Origin: Fonticula alba ATCC 38817
Taxonomy: Eukaryota > Protista > Nucleariida
Assembly: GCA_000388065.2 (NCBI GenBank)
Contig: KB932201.1
Strand: one strand, 5' to 3'
Length of the DNA: 60,543 nt
The notes under the pieces are model-generated. The model saw only the letters and a program-made list of their open reading frames with translations, made no database searches and was not told where the DNA came from. The translations under genes were made by a program, and so were the position numbers. Each line of letters begins with the position of its first letter. Within the stretch, counting starts at the first letter, position 1. Of this stretch, positions 59,377-60,543 are shown one piece after another.

Positions 59377-59539
59377 GGCCCACGAGCTCCAGACAGGGGA
59401 GGCCGGATTGGAGTCCGGTAGGAGCAACGGCAGCAAAAACGGAGGGGTATGTGTGTCTGTGTGTGTGTCTGGAAAGAGGAAGGAGGCAAGGGGGGAGGGG
59501 GGAGGGGGGGGGGAGGGGGGAGTGTCGCCGCCCGATTGT

Positions 59540-60449
59540 CTGAGGCCGAGCGTGCTGACTTATGAGTCTGGCTGGTGTGGATGGGCCCTCGCGCCGGGTT
59601 TTCTCCCATCTACTCAGCTCCCGCGGTTCGCAGCGATAGACGAATGCGCGGGTGACCAGGGTCCACAAGGGGCCCGGTGCTCCTTCCACGCCTTGGTTGA
59701 GGGTCGCTGCGCCAAGGGGAGGGGGAAGAACAGCGAGACAGTTGCGGCCTACAGAGAGGCCGGGCCCGGGGGAGGGGGGCAAAAAAAAATAGTCAGCCCC
59801 CTGCGGCCGGGTGACATCGGGCGGTCAGCACAGGGGCCGGCAGATACCCCGGGGCAGCTACGGAGCTCAAACCCCTGGCTTCTGGGGGAAGGTGGCGGGG
59901 GGTCTGCGCGCGCGCGCGCGCGCGCCGACGCGTACACACCCACCGACACACGCACTCATGCACGCGCGTGCGGACGCGCGAAACCCCGCGGCGAAAGCCG
60001 GCAGGCCCATCTTCGCGGGTGATCTGTCCCCCTCCCCCGGCGGGCGGGCGTGTTCATGAAGGGGCGCGGCTGTTGTTGTTGCCCGATTACTTTTGTTGTT
60101 GTTGTTGTTGTTGTTGTTTGGTGACCCGCGCCCGGGGTGGCGGGGCGAAGTACGGCCCCCCGTCCCTGTGCCCGGAGGAAGGGGAGGGGGAGGAGGAAAG
60201 GGCCAAGACAGCCGGGGAGGCTGGGGCGGCTGGCGATGATCCGAGCGAAATGGCCGATTGGGGTCGCGGAGGAAGCTCCCAGGGCTGGGCCTGCTGCTCG
60301 GGGGCGAATTTTGCCTCGGCCAAGTTCTGCTCACTGCCGGTGGGCGGCCGGTAGCCGGGAAGAAAGGGGCTGCTGTGTCCGACACCGATGTTGGCCAGCT
60401 GATCGGGTAGGCCGTGCTCCGGCGCCTGGAACGTGGGGGAGTGGTTCAT
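59540..60449 (-). CDS. Partial hypothetical gene (Pro/Ser-rich and poly-Gln exon plus a globular-looking exon)
   Basis: A CACAG acceptor upstream of ATG 60449 (MNHSPTFQAPEH...QQQQQQQQ), and a further acceptor GCAG near 59715 leading to ATLNQGVEGAPGPLWTLVTRAFVYRCEPRELSRWEK. The G-rich plus strand matches minus-strand genes elsewhere in the window. Confidence 0.35.
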
Positions 60450-60543
60450 GGCGGGCGCGGGTACTTTCCCTGCTGTGGGGAGGTGAGGGGGTAGAGTGGG
60501 CCGACCGTCAGAGTGGGAAGCGAGCCGGATGGAGATGGACCGG

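Noticed and set aside
58465-60022. Long poly-Gly/poly-Pro ORFs (and similar ORFs at 3500, 40800 and across N gaps)
   Set aside because: These are translations of homopolymer tracts or N runs in a GC-rich, stop-poor genome, not genes.
1-60543. CRISPR arrays, tRNA/rRNA genes, transposase or reverse-transcriptase ORFs
   Set aside because: No repeat-spacer arrays, cloverleaf or rRNA signatures, or mobile-element protein motifs were seen. Content hidden in N gaps cannot be assessed.

Overview
GC-rich, intron-rich eukaryotic draft scaffold with many N gaps. Gene content mixes fungal-like genes (Rtc3-like, Lcl3-like) with animal-like genes (ELAPOR, MAP4K-CNH), and there are abundant poly-C/poly-G and dinucleotide tracts. 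This suggests an opisthokont protist such as Fonticula (inference only). About 17 protein-coding loci can be modelled with GT-AG introns. Recognisable: ASNSD1-like, Rtc3/SBDS-N-like, RPS6, stomatin-like 2, NCBP2AS2/Mrx7-like, ELAPOR-like, Nup107, dyskerin/Cbf5, an SNase/Lcl3-like protein, TVP23, a MAP4K-CNH kinase and an orphan AGC-kinase tail. The rest are hypothetical. Main observations: (1) an snR38/SNORD1-type C/D snoRNA inside RPS6 intron 2; (2) two embedded Illumina adapters that duplicate and frameshift one ~1,900-aa gene with weak Rrn5-like (histone-fold/Myb-like) features; (3) an SNase-fold protein lacking two catalytic acidic residues, fused to a long His/Pro/Tyr-rich tail; (4) an impossible head-to-head arrangement of two 5'-truncated kinase genes near 57.1 kb, probably a misassembly. 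No rRNA, tRNA, CRISPR array or recognisable transposon was found. All family assignments come from remembered motifs, not from database searches.
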